Part shown: positions 41,345 to 50,269 of the stretch, piece by piece
How the letters are laid out: every line of letters begins with the position of its first letter
Position numbering within the stretch: position 1 is the stretch's first letter
Source: a virus
IMG/VR virus record: IMGVR_UViG_3300027708_000021
Reading direction: 5' to 3' (one strand)
DNA length: 64,000 nucleotides
Translations under genes and position numbers: made by a program
Notes under the pieces: model-generated
What the model saw: the letters and a program-made list of their open reading frames with translations, nothing else
The model's database searches: none
What the model was told of the DNA's origin: nothing

Positions 41345-42123
41345 TAGGTAAGCCCCGTAGGAATGTGTTGGTATCTGCAGAATGTGGCACACTATTAGTC
41401 AATAGATTTGATTACAATCCAGCAAATAACTTTGGGGTAGGGCAGTTTATACTAGACAAAGGGATCGACTGTATGGTCCCTGCTTACATATTAAAAAGAT
41501 ATTTTACAGACATAGCTAATCCCGTAGTAATAGATGTAGGATCTAATATAGGTGTATTTGCTCTCCAAGCAGCACAACATGTGGAACAATTTAACGGCTA
41601 TGTCTATGCCTTTGAACCACAGGAACAACCATTCTATCTTAACTGTGCTAACTATGCCTTGAACAATATCGACAATGCTAGAGTAGAACGATTAGCAGTT
41701 GGCGATACAACCAAGCCAATCACCATACCCAAAATTAATTACTATCAACCTTCTAGCTTTGGTAGTGTGGGATTGACTGGCGAATATGACGGAGATGTAG
41801 GACAAGAATTAGATTTTGGCAATGGTGATCAGGTACCCCAGATCATCATCGATGAATATTTTAAAGATATCGGTAATATTGTATTCGTAAAAATAGATGT
41901 AGAAGGCATGGAGATGAATGTCTTAAAAGGCTCCATGGAAACTATCAAACGGAATCGTCCTTTCTTATTTGTAGAATATACTAAACAACCAAATAACGGC
42001 AACGACTTGAAAGAATTTATTGAGGCCTTGGATTATACAATATATATTACACATCAAGATTTTGTTTGTATTCCAAACGAAAGAGTTGATACAAAAATAC
42101 AAGAGATATTAAACGAATTATGA
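41341..42123 (+). CDS. FkbM-family SAM methyltransferase
   Basis: VIDVGSNIG, VYAFEPQ, KIDVEGMEMNVLKG..TI...RP.LFVE. Confidence 0.9.
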   Translation: MIGKPRRNVLVSAECGTLLVNRFDYNPANNFGVGQFILDKGIDCMVPAYILKRYFTDIANPVVIDVGSNIGVFALQAAQHVEQFNGYVYAFEPQEQPFYLNCANYALNNIDNARVERLAVGDTTKPITIPKINYYQPSSFGSVGLTGEYDGDVGQELDFGNGDQVPQIIIDEYFKDIGNIVFVKIDVEGMEMNVLKGSMETIKRNRPFLFVEYTKQPNNGNDLKEFIEALDYTIYITHQDFVCIPNERVDTKIQEILNEL

Positions 42124-43493
42124 TGACTGATCATGACGCTGTAAAACAAACTATAGAAATCTTCACCCGCACTGATTTATTAGATGAGATAGTCACTCTC
42201 TTAGAGACTTTTGAAAAACACAAAGTAGTACCAAACGATTTACTGGGCAATGATTTATATTGTTTTGGGTATAACAAAGCCAAAAAATTCCTTAAATCCA
42301 TCGAATATGGAGAAAGGGCGTTAGAGCAGGCCAAGTCTATTGAAGAAAAACTAGCAGTATCAGCAAACTTGGCCAAAGTATATCTATCGGCTAACAAGCC
42401 TACCAAGGCGGTGTCAGCATTTAAGTTTATGTCTAATAATATAGACATGGGTGCTGAAGGCATGTTAGATCTTTCAGCGGCATTATTTGCCTGTAATAGA
42501 AAAGATGAATCCTATGAGATACTGAAAAATATAGAAAAAGATCTATGGAAGTATGATGGTACCATGGCCGATTCTATATTATTCAACATGGGTGTACACT
42601 ATATAGCTCAAGGTGATTTTAAAACAGGCATGGAACATCTCTCAATAGGCCGTAAATTAAAAGTATTCGGATCATATTCTAAGGTCACAGATGGATTACC
42701 AGAGTGGGATGGCAAGCCACGCCCAGGCAAACATTTATTATTTGTAGCAGAGGGTGGCATCGGTGACGAAATTATCAATGTAAGATTTGTTAAAAATATC
42801 TTAGCCATGGGTATGACCTGTTCTATAATGTCAGTACATGGCATTACCAGCGTTTATAGTCATCTTGGATTTACTAAGATGATCAATACTAGCCAATACA
42901 ACAAACGAGATTTTGACTACTGGACTCCAATGATGGATTTACCAAAGACATTGAATCTTGACGCTGATCAATTATGGACTGGTCCTTACTTAGAAGCCAA
43001 ACCAGAATATATAGAAAAGTACAAAAATTCTATCACTGGTGATTATAAAGTAGGATTACGCTGGGCAGGCAATGCCAGATATGACCATGAACTACATCGA
43101 ACATTAAATCTACAGAGCATGATAAATGCCATGCCAAAAGACAATGCGTGGTCCTTGTACTCCATACAGCGTGATGTGGGCATGGACCAATTAAAACAGA
43201 ATCCCCGTGTCAAAGATCTCAGTTTGGAACTCAAAACATTTGACGACTTGTTGGGAATCATGTATAATTTAGACTTAATCATCACAAGTTGTACCTCTGT
43301 GGCACATGCCGCTTGTGCCATGGGCAAGAAAACTATTATCCTAGTACCAATTATGGAATATTATACTTGGGCAGAAGGTAAGCCAACAGCTAGTTGGTAT
43401 GGCGACAATTTAAGATTGATTAGACAGGTAACTCCAGAAATTTGGAAAGAAGCATACGCAGAATTAAAAGAAGTACTCAAGGACATCGAATGA
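42120..43493 (+). CDS. TPR-containing glycosyltransferase (GT-B, GT9-like), paralog of 756-1907
   Basis: TPR-like helices; AEGGIGDEIINVRF, VGLRWAGN, LDLIITSCTSVAHAACAMG, WY..LRLIRQ. Confidence 0.82.
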   Translation: MMTDHDAVKQTIEIFTRTDLLDEIVTLLETFEKHKVVPNDLLGNDLYCFGYNKAKKFLKSIEYGERALEQAKSIEEKLAVSANLAKVYLSANKPTKAVSAFKFMSNNIDMGAEGMLDLSAALFACNRKDESYEILKNIEKDLWKYDGTMADSILFNMGVHYIAQGDFKTGMEHLSIGRKLKVFGSYSKVTDGLPEWDGKPRPGKHLLFVAEGGIGDEIINVRFVKNILAMGMTCSIMSVHGITSVYSHLGFTKMINTSQYNKRDFDYWTPMMDLPKTLNLDADQLWTGPYLEAKPEYIEKYKNSITGDYKVGLRWAGNARYDHELHRTLNLQSMINAMPKDNAWSLYSIQRDVGMDQLKQNPRVKDLSLELKTFDDLLGIMYNLDLIITSCTSVAHAACAMGKKTIILVPIMEYYTWAEGKPTASWYGDNLRLIRQVTPEIWKEAYAELKEVLKDIE

Positions 43494-46309
43494 AAAAAAC
43501 TATTGGATTCGTAACATCGGGATTAAAATTTAACGGACATACTGTTAATGAAAAAGCATTAGGCGGATCTGAATCAGCACTGATCTACATGGCTAGAGAA
43601 ATGTTCAAGCTGGGCAATGATGTAGTAGTATATTGCGAATGCGATGTCCCAGGTTGGTACGATGGCGTGGAATATCGCACAGTAGATCAATACACCAACG
43701 ATAACAAAGCACAGTTTGATACATTAATTGTAAGTAGATTTACAGATTTCCTAGCACTACCAGTTGACAGTAAGATGAATATCCTGTGGTGTCATGATAT
43801 CGATACTAATAATTTTAGAGATGCAATAGGTTGTACTGACAGAGTATTTTGTCTTAGCGAGTTCCATAAGTCTTTATTTGTTAAAAACTATGACATTGAT
43901 CCGACAAATTATGTATGGAAGACTTCTAATGGATATGATCAAGAGATTGTTACAGAGTATGTACCATACGAACAGAAGAAAAATAACTATATCTATGCTA
44001 GCCGTCCTGAGCGTGGCTTAAAATTATTACTGGAAAAGATATGGCCCGAGATCATCGAGCGTAATCCCGATGCGACCTTACATATCTGTACCTACGAACA
44101 TTCATTATCACTACCAGAGGATGTTAAAAAGATACACAAAGAAGTAGAAGACCTATTAGAGTACAGTCGTAATATTAAACAGATTGGTCACTTGCCCAAG
44201 CGTGAGTTTTATGAATTATTGTCTAATTGTGCTTACATGGTATATCCAACGAACTTCCCGGAGATTTCTTGTATCAGTGCCATAGAAGCACAATACAACG
44301 GATGCTTGGTCATCACCACAGATGAATTTGCCATGTCAGAGACCGTAAAGACTGACACTAAAGTCAAGGTCACGGACGACTACGGAACCGTAGACTATGT
44401 AACAAAATTCTTAGCACATTTGGACAAGTACCAAGATGATGTATATGAAGCTGAAGTAGCTAAGGCTAAAAAAGCCATACTACCATATGCTTGGGAGAGA
44501 GTGGCAAAATCCTGGAACTCCGAGATAGATTTCATGTTCAACAAGAGACATGAAAAATACAAAGACAAAATCCTTGACCAATTGGTTTATAATTCTGACA
44601 TTGTAGCCGCTTGGAAATTAACAGGTGACCAGAAATATCGCGATATGTTGGATCAAGGCGAAAAAGATAACTTAACTATTTCCGATTTTACTCCTGTAGC
44701 CAAAGATGAAGATGCTTATCTTAGCGGTCGGGGAATGAAATTAATCGAGCTAGTCCAGAATGAAATTGAGATGTTCCCTAGCAAAAAGTTAAAAATCCTT
44801 GATTTAGGCAGTAATGACGGCATACTTTCGTTACCACTCATGAAGAGATTCGCTGATAATATTGAAGTATTGACTATGTATGATTCGTCTCAGGGTGTAT
44901 TGGACCATGTAAAATCACAGTACAAAACAAAATACCCGCAGATAAATTATATCGTAGATGATGTAAGAAATGTATTGACTTATGACTTACAACCTGACAT
45001 CGTACTCGTTGGCGAATTATTAGAACACATCGAAGACACACAACAGTTCCTTGATTTCTTAATGAAACTTGCTAATAAGAATACATTATTTTATTTTACT
45101 GTACCCATGGGCCCTTGGGAACACATGGTCAAGAGAAAAAAATTAGAAATACATCATGTACATCACTTTGAATTGAATGACTTACATGCTATATTTAAAA
45201 ATGTTGACTTGTCTATAGCTAAAAACGCACACAGTACCAAAGGTCGTAAGGGTGAAATGTGTAGCAACTGGATGTTCTGGTTTACAGCTAGCAAGGATGA
45301 CGACATCGAGTTTGGCTATGTTGACTACGAAGACAAATGGCTCAAGACCAGACCATATAAAACTATATCTACTTGTATGATCGTATGCAACGAAGAAGAT
45401 AATCTCAGTCGTTGTTTGAAAACTGTTACTGATTTTTCTGATGAGATCATTATTGTAGACACAGGATCAACCGATGATACCAAGTATATCGCAGGTAAAT
45501 TCACTGACAAGATCTATGATTTAAAGTGGGAAGAAGAGGATGGCCTTGGCAACTTTGCCAGAGCTAGAAACTACTCTATCAGCCTTGCTACAGGGGATTA
45601 TATCTTTTGGATTGACGCGGATGAACAACTAGAAAATAGTATGGCCCTACAAAAATATATTATCAGCGATTATTACGACGGTATCTTATTGCGTCAAGTA
45701 CAGGCCATGAGTAAGAAAGCGCATGACAACGGAGTCAATGTGGATGTTATGCATGATAGATTTTTTAGAAACAATATAGGCATTAAGTTCACTGGTGTCA
45801 TACATGAATATCCTAGTAGAGATGACGAACATTTCCTAGGTTATAAGATGTTCTGGCAGGATCATATCTATGTCACCCACTACGGTCTGGCAAATCAGGA
45901 GACATTAAAGCGCAAAGCCATAGGAAGAAACGCTAATCTGATATATAAGAATGTAAGAACATACCCTAAACGAGTATTTGCTAGACACTATATCATGGTG
46001 GATTACTGGAGTCAGTTTATCACAGGACATCCAACTCCAGACATGACATGGTTAGAAAAAGGTATGGACATATGGCATAATGACTTGAAGAAATGCGGTG
46101 ATGATTGGACTATCCGATTGTCGCTGGGAGTACTACAGCATTTCTATAGCTATTGTGCCGCAAATGGTATCGCCTTCAAAGGTAAATTGCCCGAGAAGGT
46201 AGCTTTCCAGAATGGAGAAAACGGCGAGATGATAGATTTCTTTGTTGTTGATCCTGAAGAAGAAAGTGATTTTTTCTTGAAATATCTCGCAAATTTCAAG
46301 AGACCTTAA
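43490..46309 (+). CDS. Trifunctional GT4 glycosyltransferase / class I SAM methyltransferase / GT2 glycosyltransferase
   Basis: GGSESALIYMA, YASRPERGL and YPTNFPEISCISAIEAQ (GT4); ILDLGSNDG and ELLEHIED (MTase); CMIVCNEE, VDTGSTD, FARARN and WIDADE (GT2). Start moved to ATG 43490 (ATGA overlap, AAGGA SD). Confidence 0.88.
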   Translation: MKKTIGFVTSGLKFNGHTVNEKALGGSESALIYMAREMFKLGNDVVVYCECDVPGWYDGVEYRTVDQYTNDNKAQFDTLIVSRFTDFLALPVDSKMNILWCHDIDTNNFRDAIGCTDRVFCLSEFHKSLFVKNYDIDPTNYVWKTSNGYDQEIVTEYVPYEQKKNNYIYASRPERGLKLLLEKIWPEIIERNPDATLHICTYEHSLSLPEDVKKIHKEVEDLLEYSRNIKQIGHLPKREFYELLSNCAYMVYPTNFPEISCISAIEAQYNGCLVITTDEFAMSETVKTDTKVKVTDDYGTVDYVTKFLAHLDKYQDDVYEAEVAKAKKAILPYAWERVAKSWNSEIDFMFNKRHEKYKDKILDQLVYNSDIVAAWKLTGDQKYRDMLDQGEKDNLTISDFTPVAKDEDAYLSGRGMKLIELVQNEIEMFPSKKLKILDLGSNDGILSLPLMKRFADNIEVLTMYDSSQGVLDHVKSQYKTKYPQINYIVDDVRNVLTYDLQPDIVLVGELLEHIEDTQQFLDFLMKLANKNTLFYFTVPMGPWEHMVKRKKLEIHHVHHFELNDLHAIFKNVDLSIAKNAHSTKGRKGEMCSNWMFWFTASKDDDIEFGYVDYEDKWLKTRPYKTISTCMIVCNEEDNLSRCLKTVTDFSDEIIIVDTGSTDDTKYIAGKFTDKIYDLKWEEEDGLGNFARARNYSISLATGDYIFWIDADEQLENSMALQKYIISDYYDGILLRQVQAMSKKAHDNGVNVDVMHDRFFRNNIGIKFTGVIHEYPSRDDEHFLGYKMFWQDHIYVTHYGLANQETLKRKAIGRNANLIYKNVRTYPKRVFARHYIMVDYWSQFITGHPTPDMTWLEKGMDIWHNDLKKCGDDWTIRLSLGVLQHFYSYCAANGIAFKGKLPEKVAFQNGENGEMIDFFVVDPEEESDFFLKYLANFKRP

Positions 46310-46326
46310 TTAAAAAGGAAATAAAC

Positions 46327-46581
46327 ATGTATTATGCAAAAATAGTTGATGGACAATTTTTAGGTAGAGTTAATGTAGCTGATGAAACACCTGGTGTACA
46401 TTTTGCCACAGAGCCTACTCCTGAGCAGTTAGCACCATATAATTTAGTAATTGTTTTTGATGCGCCTATACTGCCAACTTACGACCCAGAAACACAAACA
46501 CTAGCTGAAGTCAATCCTACAGTAGGCGGGGATGGACACTGGTATGCTACTTACGAAGTCGTTGATAAAACAACACCTTAA
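46327..46581 (+). CDS. Small hypothetical protein, possibly tail-fibre-assembly-like
   Basis: AAGGA SD; acidic 84 aa with P.YDP..Q.L.E..P....G.W motif seen near phage fibre genes. Confidence 0.45.
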   Translation: MYYAKIVDGQFLGRVNVADETPGVHFATEPTPEQLAPYNLVIVFDAPILPTYDPETQTLAEVNPTVGGDGHWYATYEVVDKTTP

Positions 46582-46598
46582 TATTATAAAGGAAAACA

Positions 46599-47438
46599 AT
46601 GTCACAGCGTATATTAATCATGGGCCTACCTGGCTCAGGTAAAACTACCTTAGCAGGAGAACTTAAAACGTACTTGGAAAAGCACGGTGATATGAGTTAC
46701 GGTCGTGCTCTTAATGAACACATTGGTAGTTTTGGCTGCGAAGTAAATTGGTTTAATGCCGATGACATCCGCAGAAAATACAACGACTGGGATTTTTCTA
46801 ATGATGGCCGTATCCGTCAAAGTATCCGTATGTTCCAGTTTAGTATGGAATCGGGCGGTGATTATGTAATCTGTGACTTTGTAGCTCCTTTAGTTGAAAT
46901 GCGTAACAACTTCAAGGCCGACTGGACTATCTGGGTAGACACTATCCGCGAAGGTCGTTATGCTGATACCAATGCGGCATTTGTTGAACCTGAACAATAT
47001 GATTTTAGAATCACAGAACAAAACGCAGAAAAATGGGCAGAGTTTATCGGTCAACACATTATTGATAATCGCCGCCGTCCTCGATTTGACTGGCAGAAAG
47101 AAACAGTACAGATGCTAGGCAGGTGGCAACCGTTTCACGATGGACATAAGGCGTTATTTGAAAGATTAATTGCTCGAACAGGACAAGTAGTGATACAAAT
47201 CCGTGACTGTCAAGGTTGGCAAGGATCTAACCCATTCGCTATAGAACAAGTTAAAAAATTTATCCGTAGAGAGTTAGATCCTGTATATCAAGGGCAGTAT
47301 GAAATACAAGTAGTGCCTAATATTGTACACATTGGATACGGGCGTGGGGTAGGGTACACTATAGAACAGGAAGTGTTTGATGACGAAACACACGATATCA
47401 GTGCTACAAAGATTCGTAAAGAGCTGGGCCTTAAATAA
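46599..47438 (+). CDS. Adenylylsulfate (APS) kinase-like P-loop domain fused to HxGH nucleotidyltransferase
   Basis: ILIMGLPGSGKTT, NADDIR, DFS..GRIRQ, ICDFVAP (CysC-like); MLGRWQPFHDGH (cytidylyltransferase-like). Confidence 0.8.
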   Translation: MSQRILIMGLPGSGKTTLAGELKTYLEKHGDMSYGRALNEHIGSFGCEVNWFNADDIRRKYNDWDFSNDGRIRQSIRMFQFSMESGGDYVICDFVAPLVEMRNNFKADWTIWVDTIREGRYADTNAAFVEPEQYDFRITEQNAEKWAEFIGQHIIDNRRRPRFDWQKETVQMLGRWQPFHDGHKALFERLIARTGQVVIQIRDCQGWQGSNPFAIEQVKKFIRRELDPVYQGQYEIQVVPNIVHIGYGRGVGYTIEQEVFDDETHDISATKIRKELGLK

Positions 47439-47643
47439 TAGCGAGACTGCTTGGCGTAGTCTTGTTAAGGCCTATTCTTATCGTTGTTGCGGAACCGTAA
47501 CTACAATCGTAATTTCTTATGTGATCACTGGCGAATTTATTCTTAGTCTAGGTATAGGTGCTACAGAAATGATTATTAAACCGTTTATTTACTGGTCCCA
47601 TGAAAGAGTCTGGAGCCGTATTAAATGGGGCAAAAACAATTAA
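47380..47643 (+). CDS. DUF2061 small membrane protein
   Basis: ET..RSLVKA.SYR..GT..T....Y..HERVW..I.WG; start uncertain. Confidence 0.7.
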   Translation: MTKHTISVLQRFVKSWALNNSETAWRSLVKAYSYRCCGTVTTIVISYVITGEFILSLGIGATEMIIKPFIYWSHERVWSRIKWGKNN

Positions 47644-47671
47644 CTGGGCATATAATTAACTAAGTAAATTT

Positions 47672-47760
47672 AACTCCTGACTCGATGGAGTATAAAATCG
47701 AGCTGGTGGGTCGGCAAACTCGGTATAATAAAAACAATCAAGCACATTATGTGCTTTTTT
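47672..47760 (+). ncRNA. Candidate small structured (pseudoknotted) RNA
   Basis: ACTCC/GGAGT stem, ATAAA linker, ATCGAG able to pair with CTCGAT or CTCGGT; TAAGTA late-like box at 47661; terminator at 3' end. Confidence 0.4.
47740..47760 (+). terminator. Rho-independent terminator
   Basis: AAGCACA-tta-TGTGCTT followed by TTTT. Confidence 0.7.
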
Positions 47761-47788
47761 GTTGACAAACATTTCGCTAAATATAGAT

Positions 47789-48451
47789 ATGGAAGCTAGA
47801 TATAGAAAAGATTACCCGGGCGAATTTGTTATTTTAGAATCCAAATGGGCCGGTGGTAAAAAACACGAAAAACGCGAATGGATTGAAAATCCTATCATAA
47901 ATCAACACCTATCTGGTAGAGCCGCAGTTATCGGTAGTAGTGAAAGCAGAGATAGATTTGATTATAAAGTATTAGAAGGTCATCGTGGCGGCTTGTTGGG
48001 TTCGTTAAAATTACAAACATACGGCACAGCAAAAATTGCTTTAGATATGCGTTTAGATTTTGCTGTAGATACTGATTACAATAATCTTATTCCTTTGGTC
48101 GAAAGCAAATATACAGAAAATAATATTGTATATACAACTAGTAAGAACTGTCTTAAACAGCCAGGCGAATTTTATTTAACACCATTAAATCCACATTTAT
48201 GTACAGCCGTACTGCCAATATATCTTGCTGCATTCGATGGACATAAAGAAATTTACATGTTAGGTTACGATAAAGAAACAGAGGCTGGACAGTCTGATTG
48301 GATTGATCAAGTTACCAGATTAATGAATGCTTATGCTGGCACACTTTTTATTATGGTTGGTAATAAACTGAATATGCCAGATGCTTGGTTGTCTTGCCCT
48401 AATACTAAAAACTTAGATTTTAGAGACTTTGTAACTCACTGCGATGTTTGA
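47789..48451 (+). CDS. Maf/DUF115 (sialyltransferase-fold) putative glycosyltransferase
   Basis: RAAVIGSSESR and IYLAAFDGHKEIYMLGYD motifs; start placed at ATG 47789, 5 nt after TAAATA (47778). Confidence 0.55.
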   Translation: MEARYRKDYPGEFVILESKWAGGKKHEKREWIENPIINQHLSGRAAVIGSSESRDRFDYKVLEGHRGGLLGSLKLQTYGTAKIALDMRLDFAVDTDYNNLIPLVESKYTENNIVYTTSKNCLKQPGEFYLTPLNPHLCTAVLPIYLAAFDGHKEIYMLGYDKETEAGQSDWIDQVTRLMNAYAGTLFIMVGNKLNMPDAWLSCPNTKNLDFRDFVTHCDV

Positions 48452-48885
48452 AGCTGTTGTTGTATAATAGAAATTTTATTTTGTACTGCTTCAAAATTTA
48501 TAGTTGACCATAACCCCGGATGTAGTGGTTTAGGCCAAGTTCCTGAATCAATCCAAGCATACCCTGAATGTTCGTCATTTAATCTAGGACTAAATTCAGT
48601 CGCCACAACACAGAAAAAAGTGTTATAAGCAAATCCACCGTCAGCACTTGTAAATTTCTCCAATGGTATTAATTTAATATAATCGGGCATACTGCCAATT
48701 TCTTCTTCGCACTCGCGAACCATGGCCGCCATAATGCTTTCTCCTGATTCCATTTTGCCACCTGGAAGACCCCACGAGTCTGGATGTTTTGGATCATTGC
48801 GAACCAAGTACAAATAACGATTGGTCGATTGACTATAGAACCAAATCCCAACAGCGTTGACTATTTTTAGATTATTAGCGACCAT
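48436..48885 (-). CDS. Nudix hydrolase
   Basis: Nudix box GGKMESGESIMAAMVRECEEEIG; LNDEHSGYAW. Confidence 0.92.
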   Translation of the reverse strand: MVANNLKIVNAVGIWFYSQSTNRYLYLVRNDPKHPDSWGLPGGKMESGESIMAAMVRECEEEIGSMPDYIKLIPLEKFTSADGGFAYNTFFCVVATEFSPRLNDEHSGYAWIDSGTWPKPLHPGLWSTINFEAVQNKISIIQQQLQTSQ

Positions 48886-50267
48886 TGGCCACCTGGATAG
48901 AGACCTTGATATGATTTAACCCAAGTGTCACCTGTCCACTTGTATTGAATTTCGGTTGTGATATTTGTAACATATTGTGTATTTACAGGACTAGATTCAG
49001 CACTAAAAGAAACTAGCCATTGACTGCCATCGTACTGAATAATATCATTACGATGTGCTACTAATACCTGGCCACTGGTACCAGTCCATGCTTGTGCGTA
49101 ACCATTGTCGCTGCCAGTATCGTCGGTTAGCAAATAGCGTTGCCCTACAGCGGCCGCTGGCAATCCATATCCTGGTCCGCTTACTAATGGATTGATAACC
49201 GAGCCCACTGGTGACAATGTGTTAGGCGGAATAGATTCTTCGATGATAGTAAACAATAAAAATTGATCATTCGTTGGGTCAAATGCCACAGTACCAAATA
49301 CTTGGTTGCCATCTTCTTGATTAAGAGCAATCATACTAATACCTGAACGCAATGTTCCATACATGTTGACCACTGGCGTCCAATTTAGATTGCTTGGCTC
49401 TACTGGATCAGGCGGCGGTAATTCATTATTTGATTCGTCTACAACTGCTGATCTAGCTAGAATTTGTAATTTGTTTCCAATTAATACAACTTGGTATCCG
49501 TATGGAGTGATATACTGACGAGTGCCCAATAACAAATCGTTATTGCGAATAGCATTGACCATGTCACCTTTACCGTCGTAGATGCTGGCAATGATAGTTT
49601 CTACAACACCAAGTTTCTTAACTTTAGCAGGTAATGATAACCATACAGGCAAGGCAAATTTAATGGTAGCAATATCAATAGGATCTTCTGTGCCCATGGG
49701 AATACTACGACTGCTCCAACCTGTAGATACTAGTTCTACTATACTTAAACTAGTCCAGTCCATAAAACTATCTGAACTTTGTATTTCTAAACTTGGGTTA
49801 AACAATGGTAATATTTGTTCTAATAACTGCATTTTTTGATTGGTGTTGCTGGTCCAAATATCTAAGTTAATTGATAATTTATACGGCGCCGGCATATAAC
49901 GCTCAATTTGAAAAGCGTTACCTTGTGTAGTTTCATATGTTCCTGTGGCCTGATCATACTCACGCTGGCGGATAGATTTATTATCAACATAAGTTGGATT
50001 CTGCATGCGTGGACGATCAAAGTCTAGGCCTGTGATATAAAATGTCATCAATGGGGTACTGGGCATATTACTAGCACTATTTTCTTGTAGGATGACTTGT
50101 GCTTGTCGAGTAGCATCTCCATAACGCACAGGCACACGATATAATGTGTCGCCGGTGTTAGCAGCTCCTGCTTCGTTGCGACCAAACTCTACTTGAAAGC
50201 CTGAAAACATACGAGCAAATTGAATTAGGTAGCGACGTATCTGTTCGTCGAAAAAATATTGTTGCAT
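48867..50267 (-). CDS. gp15: Tail terminator / tail completion protein (T4 gp15-like) with C-terminal extension
   Basis: YFFDEQIRRYLIQFARMFS, VPVRYGD, MPAPYKL...DIW, LEQILPLFNP. Confidence 0.75.
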   Translation of the reverse strand: MQQYFFDEQIRRYLIQFARMFSGFQVEFGRNEAGAANTGDTLYRVPVRYGDATRQAQVILQENSASNMPSTPLMTFYITGLDFDRPRMQNPTYVDNKSIRQREYDQATGTYETTQGNAFQIERYMPAPYKLSINLDIWTSNTNQKMQLLEQILPLFNPSLEIQSSDSFMDWTSLSIVELVSTGWSSRSIPMGTEDPIDIATIKFALPVWLSLPAKVKKLGVVETIIASIYDGKGDMVNAIRNNDLLLGTRQYITPYGYQVVLIGNKLQILARSAVVDESNNELPPPDPVEPSNLNWTPVVNMYGTLRSGISMIALNQEDGNQVFGTVAFDPTNDQFLLFTIIEESIPPNTLSPVGSVINPLVSGPGYGLPAAAVGQRYLLTDDTGSDNGYAQAWTGTSGQVLVAHRNDIIQYDGSQWLVSFSAESSPVNTQYVTNITTEIQYKWTGDTWVKSYQGLYPGGQWSLII

Positions 50268-50269
50268 TA

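Noticed and set aside
43442-43489. ORF-track TTG start for the GT4-MTase-GT2 gene
   Set aside because: ATG 43490 has an SD and an ATGA overlap; the TTG starts at 47759 and 51644 were likewise replaced by ATG 47789 and 51680
47672-47730. Bona fide pistol ribozyme or known riboswitch
   Set aside because: Only the first stem and AUAAA resemble pistol; P3 and cleavage-site pairing not found, so kept as an unclassified candidate
39886-48451. DNA hypermodification cluster
   Set aside because: Not excluded but disfavoured: no thymidylate-synthase-like or other base-modifying gene recognised, and the GTs carry TPR or helical protein-binding regions and adjoin structural genes
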